Assembly (NCBI GenBank): GCA_030704615.1
Contig: CM060731.1
Location: 53,010,001-53,074,000 of the forward strand
Origin: Takakia lepidozioides
Lineage: Eukaryota > Plantae > Bryophyta
DNA: 64,000 nt
Direction of reading: 5' to 3'
Within the stretch, counting starts at the first letter, position 1, and every line of letters starts with the position of its first letter. Of the stretch, positions 26,088 to 37,933 are shown piece by piece. The position numbers and the translations under genes were made by a program. The notes beneath the pieces are model-generated. The model searched no databases. It was not told the DNA's origin and saw nothing but the letters and a program-made list of their open reading frames with translations.

Positions 26088-26195
26088 AAGGTCCTCAAAC
26101 ATCCACACGCACCTGCTGAATGCAGATGTCTGAGCCACGACGGGAGATGTCTGAGACAATTGCATCTGCAAATGCGCGTGGATGTTTGAGGTCCG
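26088..26195 (+). ncRNA. miRNA-like foldback 2 (copy A)
   Basis: ggtcctcaaacatccacacgca...tgcgcgtggatgtttgaggtcc. The same hairpin is present in copy B at 50564-50702. Confidence 0.45.
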
Positions 26196-26202
26196 TTGTG
26201 TT

Positions 26203-26848
26203 GCGAGTCTGTTCACAGTGGGTCCGCTGGCCCGTCAGTGCTCCGGATATTCCCCTTATCGCGTGCATAACAGTCAGTTTGGAGGCGGTCTGCTGGAAGT
26301 CCGTCTGTTGGGATAGCAATCTGTTGCACTTGTGAATTTGTCAGTCTGTTGTGTCGGAAGTCTGTTGCACTAAGTCTGTTTGACTTCTTATTTTCCCTCC
26401 GTTCAGTCTTTTGGCTTGTTCTCCCTCCCGCCAGTCTGGCGAAACGTCCGTCTGCTGGACAGTTCTCCTCTATGGATATCAGTCTGTTGGACTGTGCATG
26501 CATCAGTCTGTTGTGTCGCGAGTCTGTTCACACTGGGTCCGCTGGCCCGTCAGTGCTCCGGATATTCCCCTTATCGCGTGCATAACAGTCAGTTTGGAGG
26601 CGGTCTGCTGGAAGTCCGTCTTTTGGGATATCAGTCTGTTGCACTTGTGAATTTGTCAGTCTGTTGTGTCGGAAGTCTGTTGCACTAAGTCTGTTTGACT
26701 TCTTATTTTCCCTCTGGTCAGTCTTTTGGCTTGTTCTCCCGCCAGTCTGGCGAAACGTCCGTCTGCTGGACAGTTCTCCTCTATGGATATCAGTCTGTTG
26801 GACTGTGCATGCATCAGTCTGTTGTGCCGCGAGTCTGTTCGCAATGGG
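26203..26848. repeat. About 313-bp direct tandem duplication rich in AGTCTG
   Basis: gcgagtctgttc restarts at 26203, 26518 and 26829; the two units are nearly identical. Confidence 0.9.
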
Positions 26849-27460
26849 TGTGTTCGACTTTCCTGTTCTCCCCTTACTCTTTTTTGTCTTCATTCCACTG
26901 GCAGGGAAGTGCCTCCAATATGAAGCCGCTTCGCCTCAGCAAAGCGAATAGTCCGGTGGACTGGCGGTCCGATGGACTCTCGGCCCGATGGGAAATGAGT
27001 CTGCTGCACTTGCGAGGAGCGTGGATGAATTTAGTACGATCCGTTCGTTCGGTGGACGTATTCAATGCGATGACGGCGATAGTTGGCGCCTGTGAATCGC
27101 GCCACGTTGGCAGTGGCCATGCCCGCTTTCCCCCTTCTACTTCTACTTTCTCCATTCTCTTCGCGCCTGTTTCTTCGCACAGTTTTGATTGCTTTGTTTT
27201 CCTCTTTGCGTTTCCATCACCGTAACGAAAGACGACCGTTCTTCCCTAGGTGTGGAGAGTCGCGGTGAGCCGCGAAGCATCGCAAACACGCTCACCTTCG
27301 TAACAACTCGAAGTTCATCGGCTCGATGAGGTTCTCATTTGCTGCGGTGTTTCCATTCCATTCTGTGTCCTCTTCTTGCTTAGGGCGAGTCTTTTCATAG
27401 GACTTTTATCTGTCGCTCTGTCGCTCATTGTCCTTGCAACCTTCGTTTCATTCTGCAGCG

Positions 27461-30400
27461 ATGGAGGATGCTTGTGAAAAGGTTGAGCGGACTGGTTGGA
27501 TTTTGTGCACCAAACAGACTGAAGAAGGAGCGAAGGTACTGGTACTCACCAGACGAGTTTGATCATAAAATAGTGGAAGCATTTGTAGACCTCTGCGCCC
27601 GGAAGCCCAAAAACTCGAATTGGCAGAAGGACAAGCTCTTCTGTCCCTTTTGTGAAGAGGTAATCAAGGACAAAATCCAACTAAATCGGCATTGTGTTGA
27701 CACGGGTTGCAAGGAGACTGTTGCAATGATTCCACGGTAGTGATTTCAGCAGCCTTGGCCGATACTGAAAGAAATGTCGATTGTCAAAGAGCCCATGCGC
27801 TTGCGCGGATCAGTGCTTGATCCCCGCACTTTGAAATTAGACGAAGTGCGCGCACGGTATGGGGCGTCCATTGTGGTGCCCATCAATGGAGGATTTGCAA
27901 GTGCAGGACGCTGGACGCTCCCAGAAAATGTAAACTGAACTAGTGACGGGGCCCAAAAAAGGAGAGGCAAAAAAGGGAAGGCTGGAAGGTCTGCTCGCGA
28001 GGCAAGGGCAAAATCCACGCAACAGACTGAACCCCGTCATGGGTGGCAGACCCACACCATCAGTACTTATACTGAAAGTGAATCTGCTCAGGGCCTGGAA
28101 GGGGTGACAAGTCCAGTGGACATTGACTTGGCCTGACGAGACTCGCAGCAGACTCCACAAATATCGCGACCCATGCCATCGGTTTAGGGTCAAAACCAAA
28201 AACTCAACAGAGCACTAAAGGGCCAGTCTGCCCTGGCACATTGCGCCTCGTTGCTTTGGCTTTTCCCACTAGAGTGCCCACCAATGGGGATCCGACTTCA
28301 TCCGTTATTTCTACAGAGTTTGCCCAGTCAGGTCTGCTACGCACATTCATCCGATAGCGGAACAGAACTGGTTGAACAGCTTTGAAGATTAGATGACGAT
28401 GATGAAGTAGAGGAGGTAATGGTCAGTCTGACCGCCCAGTTCTGTTCTCTGTGCTGTTTGAGTCCATCATCGGGGTCACGTTGTCTTATTCAGGTCTGGT
28501 CTGGTCATTCCCTCTGCGTTTCTCCTCAGTCCGCTGGCTCTTCCGCTCGTCAGTAGTCTGTTTTATACTCGCTGCATACTTACTGAGTCCTTTTTCAGTC
28601 GCTAGTCCAGTCCACTGGTATAGTCTACTAGTTGCCTCCACCCTACGTACGCACGTTACAGTCTGCTGGTCTGTGAGTCCAGTCCCGCTGCATGAGGTGA
28701 AGATAGAGTCCACGTCCATGTTCCTGACGTCGAAGTTCTCTGCCGTATACCAGGATGAACGTGTTTCTATTCGTAGGGCCATTCAGGCTTGGCGGAAACC
28801 TAGCAATGATGCTCATTTACAAGCGACTGCAGTGCGTCGGAAGTGGACCGCGTGCGAGAGTACATATTAGTGAAGTATCCTGGGTCATCTGCTGCTATAA
28901 CGACATTACATATTGAAGACGCGTCGGGGAATGCGTCTGGGACAGCCGAGTCTGCCATCCAGTAGACTCCCATTCAGCAGCCGTCATCCAGCAGACTCCA
29001 GAGAGCAGACTCCCAACGAGCAGCCCTGTCATCCTGCAGACTCCTCTCCAGGAGCCATCATGCAGCCCATGCCAATGGAAGTCATGTCACCACAGACTGC
29101 GGACGCAGCAACTGCCTTTCTCTCACATAGCACGGCGTTTTTTGCAATTTGGCGATCGCCATCACCGATAATTCGCCCCGGAGCTGAAGACCTCACACTT
29201 CCCCGGCTTAGGATGGGAGAAATTATCCCATTTGGATTGGCATAATGAGCTCCCACGGATTGTTGCGGACCGCCGTTGGTCATTTGTACCCTTTCATTAT
29301 CCATGGGTTTTCTATTGAGGAAGCCAACCATGTTCTAGAAGCCGCCTCTGCTGGGCCATTGAAAACACACAAGCGACCAAAATGCGCCGCCTCTACTTGT
29401 GCAGCTGATTCTCATGGATGACCCACGGCCTGAAGACCTCAGACATATGCCTATGGCACATCCAATTTTTTGGGGTGCGAAGAAATCACTTGTTCGGATT
29501 GACTGAGGAGGACTTTTGAGCGCATGGTAGCTTCCTTCCTACACACAGATGGATGCAATTTGGCAATTTCCGCTCATACAAACAGTTGATGAAGGATCTG
29601 CATAGTTTGAGATGGACTTACTCCATTGAACCGACCATTCACAGAAGTTTGTGGTGGATGAGGCATTGCACTGGTTTCATTGGTGATGGAGCGAGCAGTA
29701 TTCGACATTGTTTTGCAGAATCCAATGTTTTCAACAGTCCTGTGGTTGGGATCGCCAACTGAAGACCCGCATCGGCGCCATTGCTCATCTCGATGGACGC
29801 ATGCCTGTGCCTGCAAATCAGGACATTGGCCTCGTCGGAATCTCGTGGAAGGAAAAGAATGGGCAACTTTCGTGTTTCAGCTCCGTTTCTTTTGCCTACG
29901 TTTTTACAAGTTCACTTGCATAACCTGTGTTGCAGGACGAGTTGATCTAGAGACAAGCAAGTTGCAGGCTGCTTTCAACGCTTTTGCCAGAGGGTGTCAA
30001 GGGACCTTGTTTCTGGCTTACAAGAGTTCGGGAGACTGTCCAGCAGACTGCCCACAAGAAATGTCGAACAACATATTCCCCACGACACATGTTGGGCAGA
30101 CTGCCCAAGTGCTGGAGACCGAGCATGTGCACCAAACCATCCCGGGTTAATAGGCCGATCACTCCCAGCATACTGCCCCCCCCCGCACACACATACTTCA
30201 GTATGTGCAAACAGTAACTGAGCGGTGCAGCGAACTTTGCAGACATTGCAGCAGACCGAGAACAGACCGGCCAAAACAACTGCCCCTCATCCTACTGTGC
30301 CAGCAGACCAGCAACATGGCCACCAGACTGCCCCTCAATCAACTATATCAACAGACCGTGCGGGCAGACCGACCAATCCGCCCAGCAGATTGCCCTCATC

Positions 30401-33139
30401 AAGACCGTGCGCAGACCGACTAATCCAGCCAGCAGATTGCCCCTCAGGCAATACTGTGCAGCACACTGGCGAACCTACTCATCAGATGGCCGAGCAGACT
30501 ATCCGGAGACTAACAGCTAGTCTGTTCCTGATCGTGCAACAGACTCGGATGCACTGGCCTCACCGGGACCCTGTGACGAATTTCTGCTGGTTCCCACAAC
30601 ATGTTTTTGGATCTGCCAGTATGAGTGTTTTGAAACCGAGTCACTTTTCCCCCCAGGCACATTCACTGACGACGTCATCAGGTCACCGGTAAAGGCATTC
30701 TTATTCCCACTCCCCGTGGCCTGCCTTCTTTGACCTCCAAGTTAGTCCAGTTTTCGTGCGCTCATGGCGAAAGCCATAGATGAGTCCTACGTGTGACCGA
30801 ACTCAATCTGGGAACGCAAAACCTTTCATGATCTTACAAAAGAGTCTGAGGAGCAATTGCCCCCGGTGGGTCTTCCATACTAGTTCTTGATGTTCCCAGT
30901 CCATGGAGATCCGAACACCCAGCCGCTGTCCACCAAGACTGACCATCACACTGAACAGTGGACACATCCGCAGACTAACCAGCAGACTGCACAGGTCACA
31001 GATGGAAGGACTGACCAGGATGCTTGGAGTGGCAGACTGCACAGCTCAGCTCTGACTGCACAGTTCAGATTGCACGGCATGACCAGCACACTGCACACTT
31101 CACAGAGGGAAGGACTGACGACCAACTGCCACCGAGCACATTGCCCACATTGAGGAAGAGACTGAACCGCAGAGTTGCCAGCAGACTGCACAGTTCACAG
31201 ACGAAGAACCGGCGGCCGAGCAGACTGCCCACATTGAGCAACAGACTGAATATGCTGGCAGGCACACTGACAAGGAACCACATGTGCGCAGACACCGTCT
31301 GGTATAGCGCTGGATTACATGGAGTCTGCTCCCTCACCCCTTGGGCAGGTTGTGCTTGTTTATGTTTTAGCACATTGTGAAATTGGACTAATTCGACATT
31401 TTTCTCGGTATCCTCACAGGATGTTCGTCCCTCCGTCGGCAGACTGTCTACTTCTGAGGACATGACATCTTTCCGCCCATGCTGCAAAGGGGATCGACAG
31501 CCAAGAAAGGTGTGGGGTGAGCACGCCCCTCGATGCGCGGGTCAGTTCTACGCATGCGACCCACGAAGCTGCAAAGACAGGTCCAGCAAGTGTAAACAAC
31601 CTGCTGACCAGCCTCTGTTGCGAAAAGGGGGCAGCAGCGCTGCGTTTGTCTGCTCTATCCAGCCCGCCTACAGCTGTCCCTGCTTCCCAGGGGAGAGGCA
31701 AAGCCAAGAAGCGGCACTGTCGTGGACCATGCTGAGGAGGTCGAGGAGGGTCCGAGTACCAAGAGACCGGCGAAGAAAAAGTCTGGCGTCTTTATGAACA
31801 AGAACCGCAAGCTGGCCTTGGACAGAAGTCTGGCGTCTTTATGAACAAGAACCGCAAGCTGCCTTTGGACATGAAACGAAGATGTGGGTCGTTTCCGTGG
31901 AGCAGCTGTGCTCAAGTCTGGCCTCGCGTCTTTGTCGTTAAGTGCTTTGCGATCTGTTGTGGTCAGTCTGCTGCTGGTTTCATCATTGTCTGTTGTGGTT
32001 AGTCTTGTCAGTCTGATGAATTGTTCAGCCTGTAGAGTGTTTGGTACCATGTTGATGTCAATCTGTTCAGTACATGAGGCTTCCCGAAGGATGGTCTGCT
32101 CTGTGCAGGATGGGTGCTCGGTTTTGGCAAAGCACATGCTCTGCACGTGAAGGCAGGTAATTCCATGCTGATGTTTTTTGAAGGGGACCCACGGTTTGAA
32201 TGCGGACTTTCGCCGGATGACATAAAGGCGGTCCAGAAGGTTGAGTCGGAGTGCACAGATAGACTCCTGGAGCTGTGGTGTCGATTCTATGAGAAGTCGG
32301 TTGAGGCTGCATTCATCAACACTATTGCTATTCTTCCAACGTCGACGTGGACGGTGTTGAAGTCATTGGGGGTGGGGCAACATGAAAGCCTTCTGGAGGT
32401 CTTGAAAGGTTGCCTCAGCACTGAACGACTGGGCAAGGACTTGAAAGAGTGCGATTTCATTTTGGTACCAATTGGGGACGAGTAAGAACTCTTCTGAGTC
32501 TGCTGAGACTGTCTCCGGAGTCATAGTCTGGTTTCGTAGTGTCGTCTTGACTTTGAGCGATTAAGTTGACCTCTGTATTTGTGCAATGGACTGGGTTTGA
32601 AGATTGAGTCTGCTGAGTGCTGAGTCTGCTGAGTGGTCGGTCTGCTGAGTGTCAGTCTACTGAGTCTGCCCATCATGATTGTGCAATGACGCCATGTTGT
32701 TTGATACCATTGTAGGGGGCACTAGAGTGTTTGTATCATCGACCTCCGCAAGGGCTGTTACACTCACCTGAACTCTATCAGGGACTTACATAAATGTCCC
32801 TTTGTTCTAGGGTGGATTCGGAAGCTTCATGCGCAGTGCTTAGGGTACTCGATGGACTCACCAGAGTGGCATGAGATTGTCCAAGCATTTCAGTTCCACG
32901 CGCCTGATGTGCCCCAGCAACCATTCAGCTGGGAGTGTGGCTTTTACGTCATGTCATTCATTCAAGTGTTTTATGAGTGGGTAAAAGTCAGAGCAAATGT
33001 CTCCAAGACTGCAAAGCCAGAGAGAGGAACACCTTTCACGAAGGACTGGTTTACTTTCAAGTTTGCACTTGGGCAACGATTGCAGTGTGCCCAGTATATC
33101 GTGTGGGGGTTGGACAATGTAGAGAAACTGCTCTCATGA
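27461..33139 (+). pseudogene. Copy A accessory gene: N-terminal C2HC zinc finger, unknown central domain, Q/T-rich linkers, C-terminal Ulp1/C48-type cysteine protease (disrupted)
   Basis: MEDAC...; CPFCEEVIKDKIQLNRHCVDTGC; WMQFGNFRSY; CDFILVPIGDE/GH*SVCIID...QQPFSWECGFYV. Several frameshifts and stops relative to copy B. Confidence 0.85.
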
Positions 33140-33186
33140 GTATGATGTACTTGTCATGTGAAGTCTATGTACCGAAATCAAGGGGA

Positions 33187-34251
33187 ATCTGTCGTATGAG
33201 GTCAAAATACCCGAAATGACATGAATTTCTTGACTATATCGAACAGTACTGGAAGCCTAAAATAGCAATGTGGTGTACAGCAGCCCGCAATGTCCCTCAT
33301 GCGAGCCAAGACACAAACGCAAGCATTGAGGCATACCATGGAAATCTGAAGGCAAGACTTGCCATGGGGAAAGGCAAGATGAGTGGTCGTAGAGTGGACT
33401 GGCTTATATGGGAACTCACTGGCCGTGTGCTAACACACTACTGGTACGCAATCCATTTGAAGACCCACGGGTTCATAAGAAATGACAAACATGAAAAGTA
33501 CATATCCAGTTCTATACTTGCGGCACGAGACATTCCTGCTGAGAGTGTTACTCTTCCCTTGGGTCCTGGTGAACCAGCCTACGTTCTCAGCAGCAACCAC
33601 CCCAGCACAACATACATTGTTTACAATCCTGATTGCGATTGGGGTTGTTGCACGTGCCCATGGGCAATGAAGGGAAACTTATGCAAGCATCAGGTCCGTG
33701 TCCTGAAGATGCTTCACCCTGACCTGGAGGATGGCCTCCTTGTGCGCGCTTGTGGCACGGCGCTGGGAACCATTCATGGAGGATTACCTAACTTGCTCTT
33801 GGGCAATAGTGCCGGCGGCATCGACGAATCCAATCAGTTCATGGAAAGACATCCTCCGGATGACTTCCCCTATGACGAGGCACCTCTGCAGGTCTCAGCC
33901 TCATTGGAACAAGAATTCACGGACATACTTCGCATTGTAGGTGATGACAAATACCTGGAGGCACATGCCCGATCTGCTCTTCATATGTGCAGAGGGCAGC
34001 TCGTTGATATCCTGGCAAAAAGTGCGGCTGGAATGTTGCACCCTGCGGCAGCGAAGGCTTTCCGTCCTCTGAACGACAACAACAACATGTCTCTGAAAAG
34101 GAGACGAGATTTCGTGGAGGCCTGGAAAACCCGGCCTAGGGTTTTGCGGAGAACCAGCAAGAGGGTGTCTGCACCTGCACCTGCAGCACATATATACTCG
34201 AAAATTTGCAAGGTTTCAGGTCGTGTAGATGTCATGAAAAAGACAATATAA
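33187..34251 (+). pseudogene. C-terminal half of copy A transposase (catalytic E and SWIM finger), lying inside an inversion
   Basis: ICRMRSKYPK*HEF...WKPKIAMWC...SQDTNASIEAYHGNLK...RVDWLIWEL...CTCPWAMKGNLCKH, collinear with copy B 40630-41689. Confidence 0.9.
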
Positions 34252-34395
34252 GTCTGCAATGCCTCGAAAACAGACAAGGTTTCACGTCGTGTAGGTGTCA
34301 CGGAGAAGACAATATAAGTCTGCAATTCCTCAAAAAGAGACAAGGTTTCATGTCGTGTAGGTGTCACGAAGAAGACAATATAAGTTTGCAATTTC
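34209..34395. repeat. 66-bp tandem repeat x3 spanning the transposase stop codon
   Basis: caaggtttca at 34209, 34275 and 34341. Confidence 0.9.
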
Positions 34396-34882
34396 TTCTG
34401 GTAGCATTGTCCCTTTCTGAAATACAAGTCCGCAATGGACTAATGCATAGTCTCCCAATGGACTCCTCCAGTCTCCCAACTGACTCCCACACAGTCTCCC
34501 AAGCATAGTCTCCCAACGGACTCACGCACAATCTCCCAACAGAGTCACAGTCAACAAACTGCGAGCGCCAGTAAGCCAGTCTGCTGCCCACTCCAAAAGT
34601 CTGCTCACCACACTTCCACCTCATCCCTACAACTTATGCCAATCCAGCGTCCCAGCGGACTCATGGACATGGTGCCTCCCAGACTAGGTACCAGACCCAG
34701 CAGTCCTAGCCTCGGCAGTGTATTGCTCGCACATTCAAGCTCAGCAGACTCGGGTGCACAGTGCATGGAAAAATTGACACCATTGTGTCCATTGAGTTTA
34801 GTGACAACATTACAAAACATGCCAGCACCCACAGTACACAAAAATGCTCATCACCACTGGAATAGTACGCGAAAAGACTCAC

Positions 34883-37198
34883 ATTTTTTACAACCCACCG
34901 AAGCGCTCTTTTCTCGTTGCGTGGTCCCCCTCTACAGTACATGAGGTCTCCCATATCCTTCAACAAGTTTACAGTGGTCACCGGATCCTTTGTTTTCTTG
35001 CATGATTGCTTCACCCATGCCTTGCGGACATGCCAAAGGCAGAGGAAAATGAGTACTCCTTCAAAAACAATTCTGCACAACACACATGGTACACATTAGA
35101 GTCTTGGGATCGGACTGCAATGGTGGACTGCCGGAGTGGACTGTAACAACGACCTGTATCAGCGGGCAGAGCCACTGGACTCGCCCAGTGGACAGTACAA
35201 TGCCATGACGTTGATGTGCTGGAATAACCCCATTGGACTACCCAGTGGACTTCCCCTAGCTAGGACTGGGGCAGCGGACTGCCCCAGGGACTGCCGAGTG
35301 GACTTGGCAGCGGACGGCCGACCCCAGGGACTGCTGAGTGGACTTGGCAGCGGACTTGGCAGCGGACTGCCAAGCGGACTTGCCGAGCGGACTGTCGGGG
35401 ACTGCCAGCGGACTTGCCAGCGGACTGATGACCGGACTTGACAGCGGACTACCAGTGGATTTGCCCAGCGAACTACCATCGGGTTTCGCCACAGGAGTCT
35501 GCCAGTGGACTATAGCAATGGACTGCTGCAGTGGACTTCGACAATGGACCGGTGCTGTGGACCAATAGACTTACCGAATAGCGTTGATTTCTGCTTCGGC
35601 ATCGTCCACAATGAAGGCATTGGGTCGCCAGCTCGGCAAATCTGCGAGGAGTGAATCGCGCAAGGCTCTCATCCACGGAACCAGGTCTCTTGTCCGATTC
35701 CTCACGGATAGGATATAGGCAACTGGTATACCGTTCAACCACTCGTCGAAGACCATCAACGTGTACAATGGGAACTGTTGGAATGCACAATGTAAGATGG
35801 TCAGAGCATGCAAATTCCGCTCAGTTCTGCACGAGAAGACTTCATAAGAGTGATGAGGTCTGTAGCGGTTCACAATGGGTCTGCCTCTCGGTCTTCCGCA
35901 ACGTACACAACCCTAAACATACAGAAAGGGTCAGCACACCAAATATTATGTGAATGTTGCATGGTACTATGCTATCATGCTCGTACAAGTCCATGGAATC
36001 GTTCGAATAGTACCTTGTCATGATTTGTCCCAAAGGTTGTATCACATGCAACGATATGGTCATGTCCTAGTTCCAGCATTCGTCGTTTCTGCCACGGAGT
36101 TTGTATGCCAATAGTGAATGTCAAATCTCCATCAAAATGCTCGAATGTTGGCTCTAATTTCTCCTCTTGATAGAAAAAAACGGACGCAGGATTCTGGTCT
36201 CTCCACATGCGCACACTTTCTGCATCATCGGCGTGCTTTTTGAAGGTTTGCCACGCACGTTTCTCGGCAAGGTTGCGAACATCTTGCTCCAACAAGAAAT
36301 CATCGCGGGTCCATGCATCGCCCAAGCCGGTGTTGTTCATCACGTGCTCTTTATGCTCCATCATGATTTGGGCGACCGACAGGCCTCGGCACAAACACTC
36401 GACGACCCAGGCTTTCAATTCCTCGCTAATGTGTGGTGCATAGGCGTGGCGGGTGTTCCTGAACTTTGCGGACTTCCCATGCGAGGGTTTCCCTTGCGCA
36501 TCTGTATGCTCCATGTTGTTGTAGTACGTGAGGACACAGATGTCAGGGGCGAGATAGCATTGCTGGACCTTGAAACAGCATTGGCAACCACGTTTGTAAG
36601 ACTCTCCATACTCCGACTTCTTTCTCCTTGGGCCTTTATGAGGGCAAGATGTTCCAGCACCCACAAGAGGTCCTCCACGCTTCTGTTTTAGATCCTCCAC
36701 TATTGCCTTGTTGGTGCGCTTGTCATCAGGACCGTAGCAGCATTGATACCTGGACAGAAAATTCTAAAATCGATATCCAACGACTTGAGGAAGCATAAAA
36801 TCAGAGAACTCGTTAAACAAAAAAATGGTAACAGACATGCAATGAAACGTCAAAAGGACTGAGGATGGTGCACACATAATACTGGACATAAATGTGTTGG
36901 CTCTGGGTGCTTTTCGCGAGCCGGGTTCCACTTTAGAATGGACATTCACCCAAAACTGAGTGGGGTAGTCCTCAAAACTTTTCTTTCCCAGGATGAAGTC
37001 ACCAACTCTATCCCAAGGTATGCAGGCCTTTTCAACATTCACTCGCACACCCATAAACCCATATTGCGTCTCACTCTTCCAATGGAGATCCTTCCTGTTG
37101 AAGGGTCCTGGTTTTGCTGTTTGCAAACATTGTCGAAGAGGCCGTATAAGCGGGCTTTCCGTGATCAGTATATCATCGGGTTTTGCTTCCACGTCCAT
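34883..37198 (-). pseudogene. N-terminal half of copy A MULE transposase (4 exons)
   Basis: IPWDRVGDFILG; YQCCYGPDD; KRGCQCCFKV...H...H; ACDTTFGTN; FPLYTLMVFD; FIVDDAEAEINAI; FLCLWHVRKAW. Introns at about 36875-36750, 36013-35781 and 35572-35074. Confidence 0.9.
35110..35570. repeat. Intronic array of about 12-bp units (CAGCGGACTTGC/G)
   Basis: Repeated gcggactt/gtggact motifs filling intron 3 of the copy A transposase. Confidence 0.85.
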
Positions 37199-37933
37199 GC
37201 CCTATACAGTACAAAGGACACGCTTCTGAACATGCAAGAAACGCGCCGCAGTACAAGACACGATCGACAACGTGCCAGGAGAATAGCGCGCACGTTCGCG
37301 GCTGCTGGCAAGTGGCAGGCGGCAGGGATGCAGGTTTGAATTGCAGCCCTAAAAATGGAGGGCTCGGATGGGTTATGGGAATGGACGGTGGCGATCCTGC
37401 GCCGTCATCGGACTGGATGGCAGGGGACTGGCCAGCGGACTGGCAGACTGCTGGGCAGCGGACTGGCTCAGTCCGCCAAACTGCCAGTCCGTTGTGCACG
37501 CCAGTCCGCTGTGCCAGTCCCCGCAAGTCCACCCAACAGTCCGCTGTGCCCATCTGCTGCCCCCCAGTCTGCCAGTCCATGCCGGCCGAAGGATCTGGAT
37601 CGTCCATTGTGAGAAACCCATCCGCGCCATCCATGCCAGTCCGCTGTGCCAGTCCCGGCCAGTCCACCCAACAGTGTGCCCGCCAGTCCGCCGCCCATGA
37701 GTCCGCTTTCCTCCAGTCCATTGATGATGCCGCATCTGGACCGTCTGTTCGCAAATGCCATCTGAGCCCTTTCATTTTTAGGGCATGAATTGAAACCTTA
37801 TCCATGCCGCCTGCCACTTGCCAGCAGCCGTGAACGTACGCACTGATGCTCCTTGCACGTTGTCCATCGTGTCCAGTGTACTGTGGCGCGTTTCTTGCAG
37901 GTTCTGAAGCGTGTCCTCTGTACTGTACAGGGC

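Larger units (their letters stand above)
25134..37467. mobile_element. Mutator-like (MULE) element copy A, about 12.3 kb: long TIRs, convergent ZnF-Ulp1 gene and SWIM transposase
   Basis: 25352-25465 is the near-perfect reverse complement of 37343-37467. Begins with GG directly after the LINE A-tail (left end inferred). Gene content mirrors copy B. Confidence 0.85.

Noticed and set aside
26091-26110. Hairpin 2 arm complement reads WMFE, reminiscent of DNMT3 motif VI (WMFENV)
   Set aside because: The conserved arm continues as E-D-L rather than E-N-V and no host sequence is available. Likely coincidence unless target prediction supports it.
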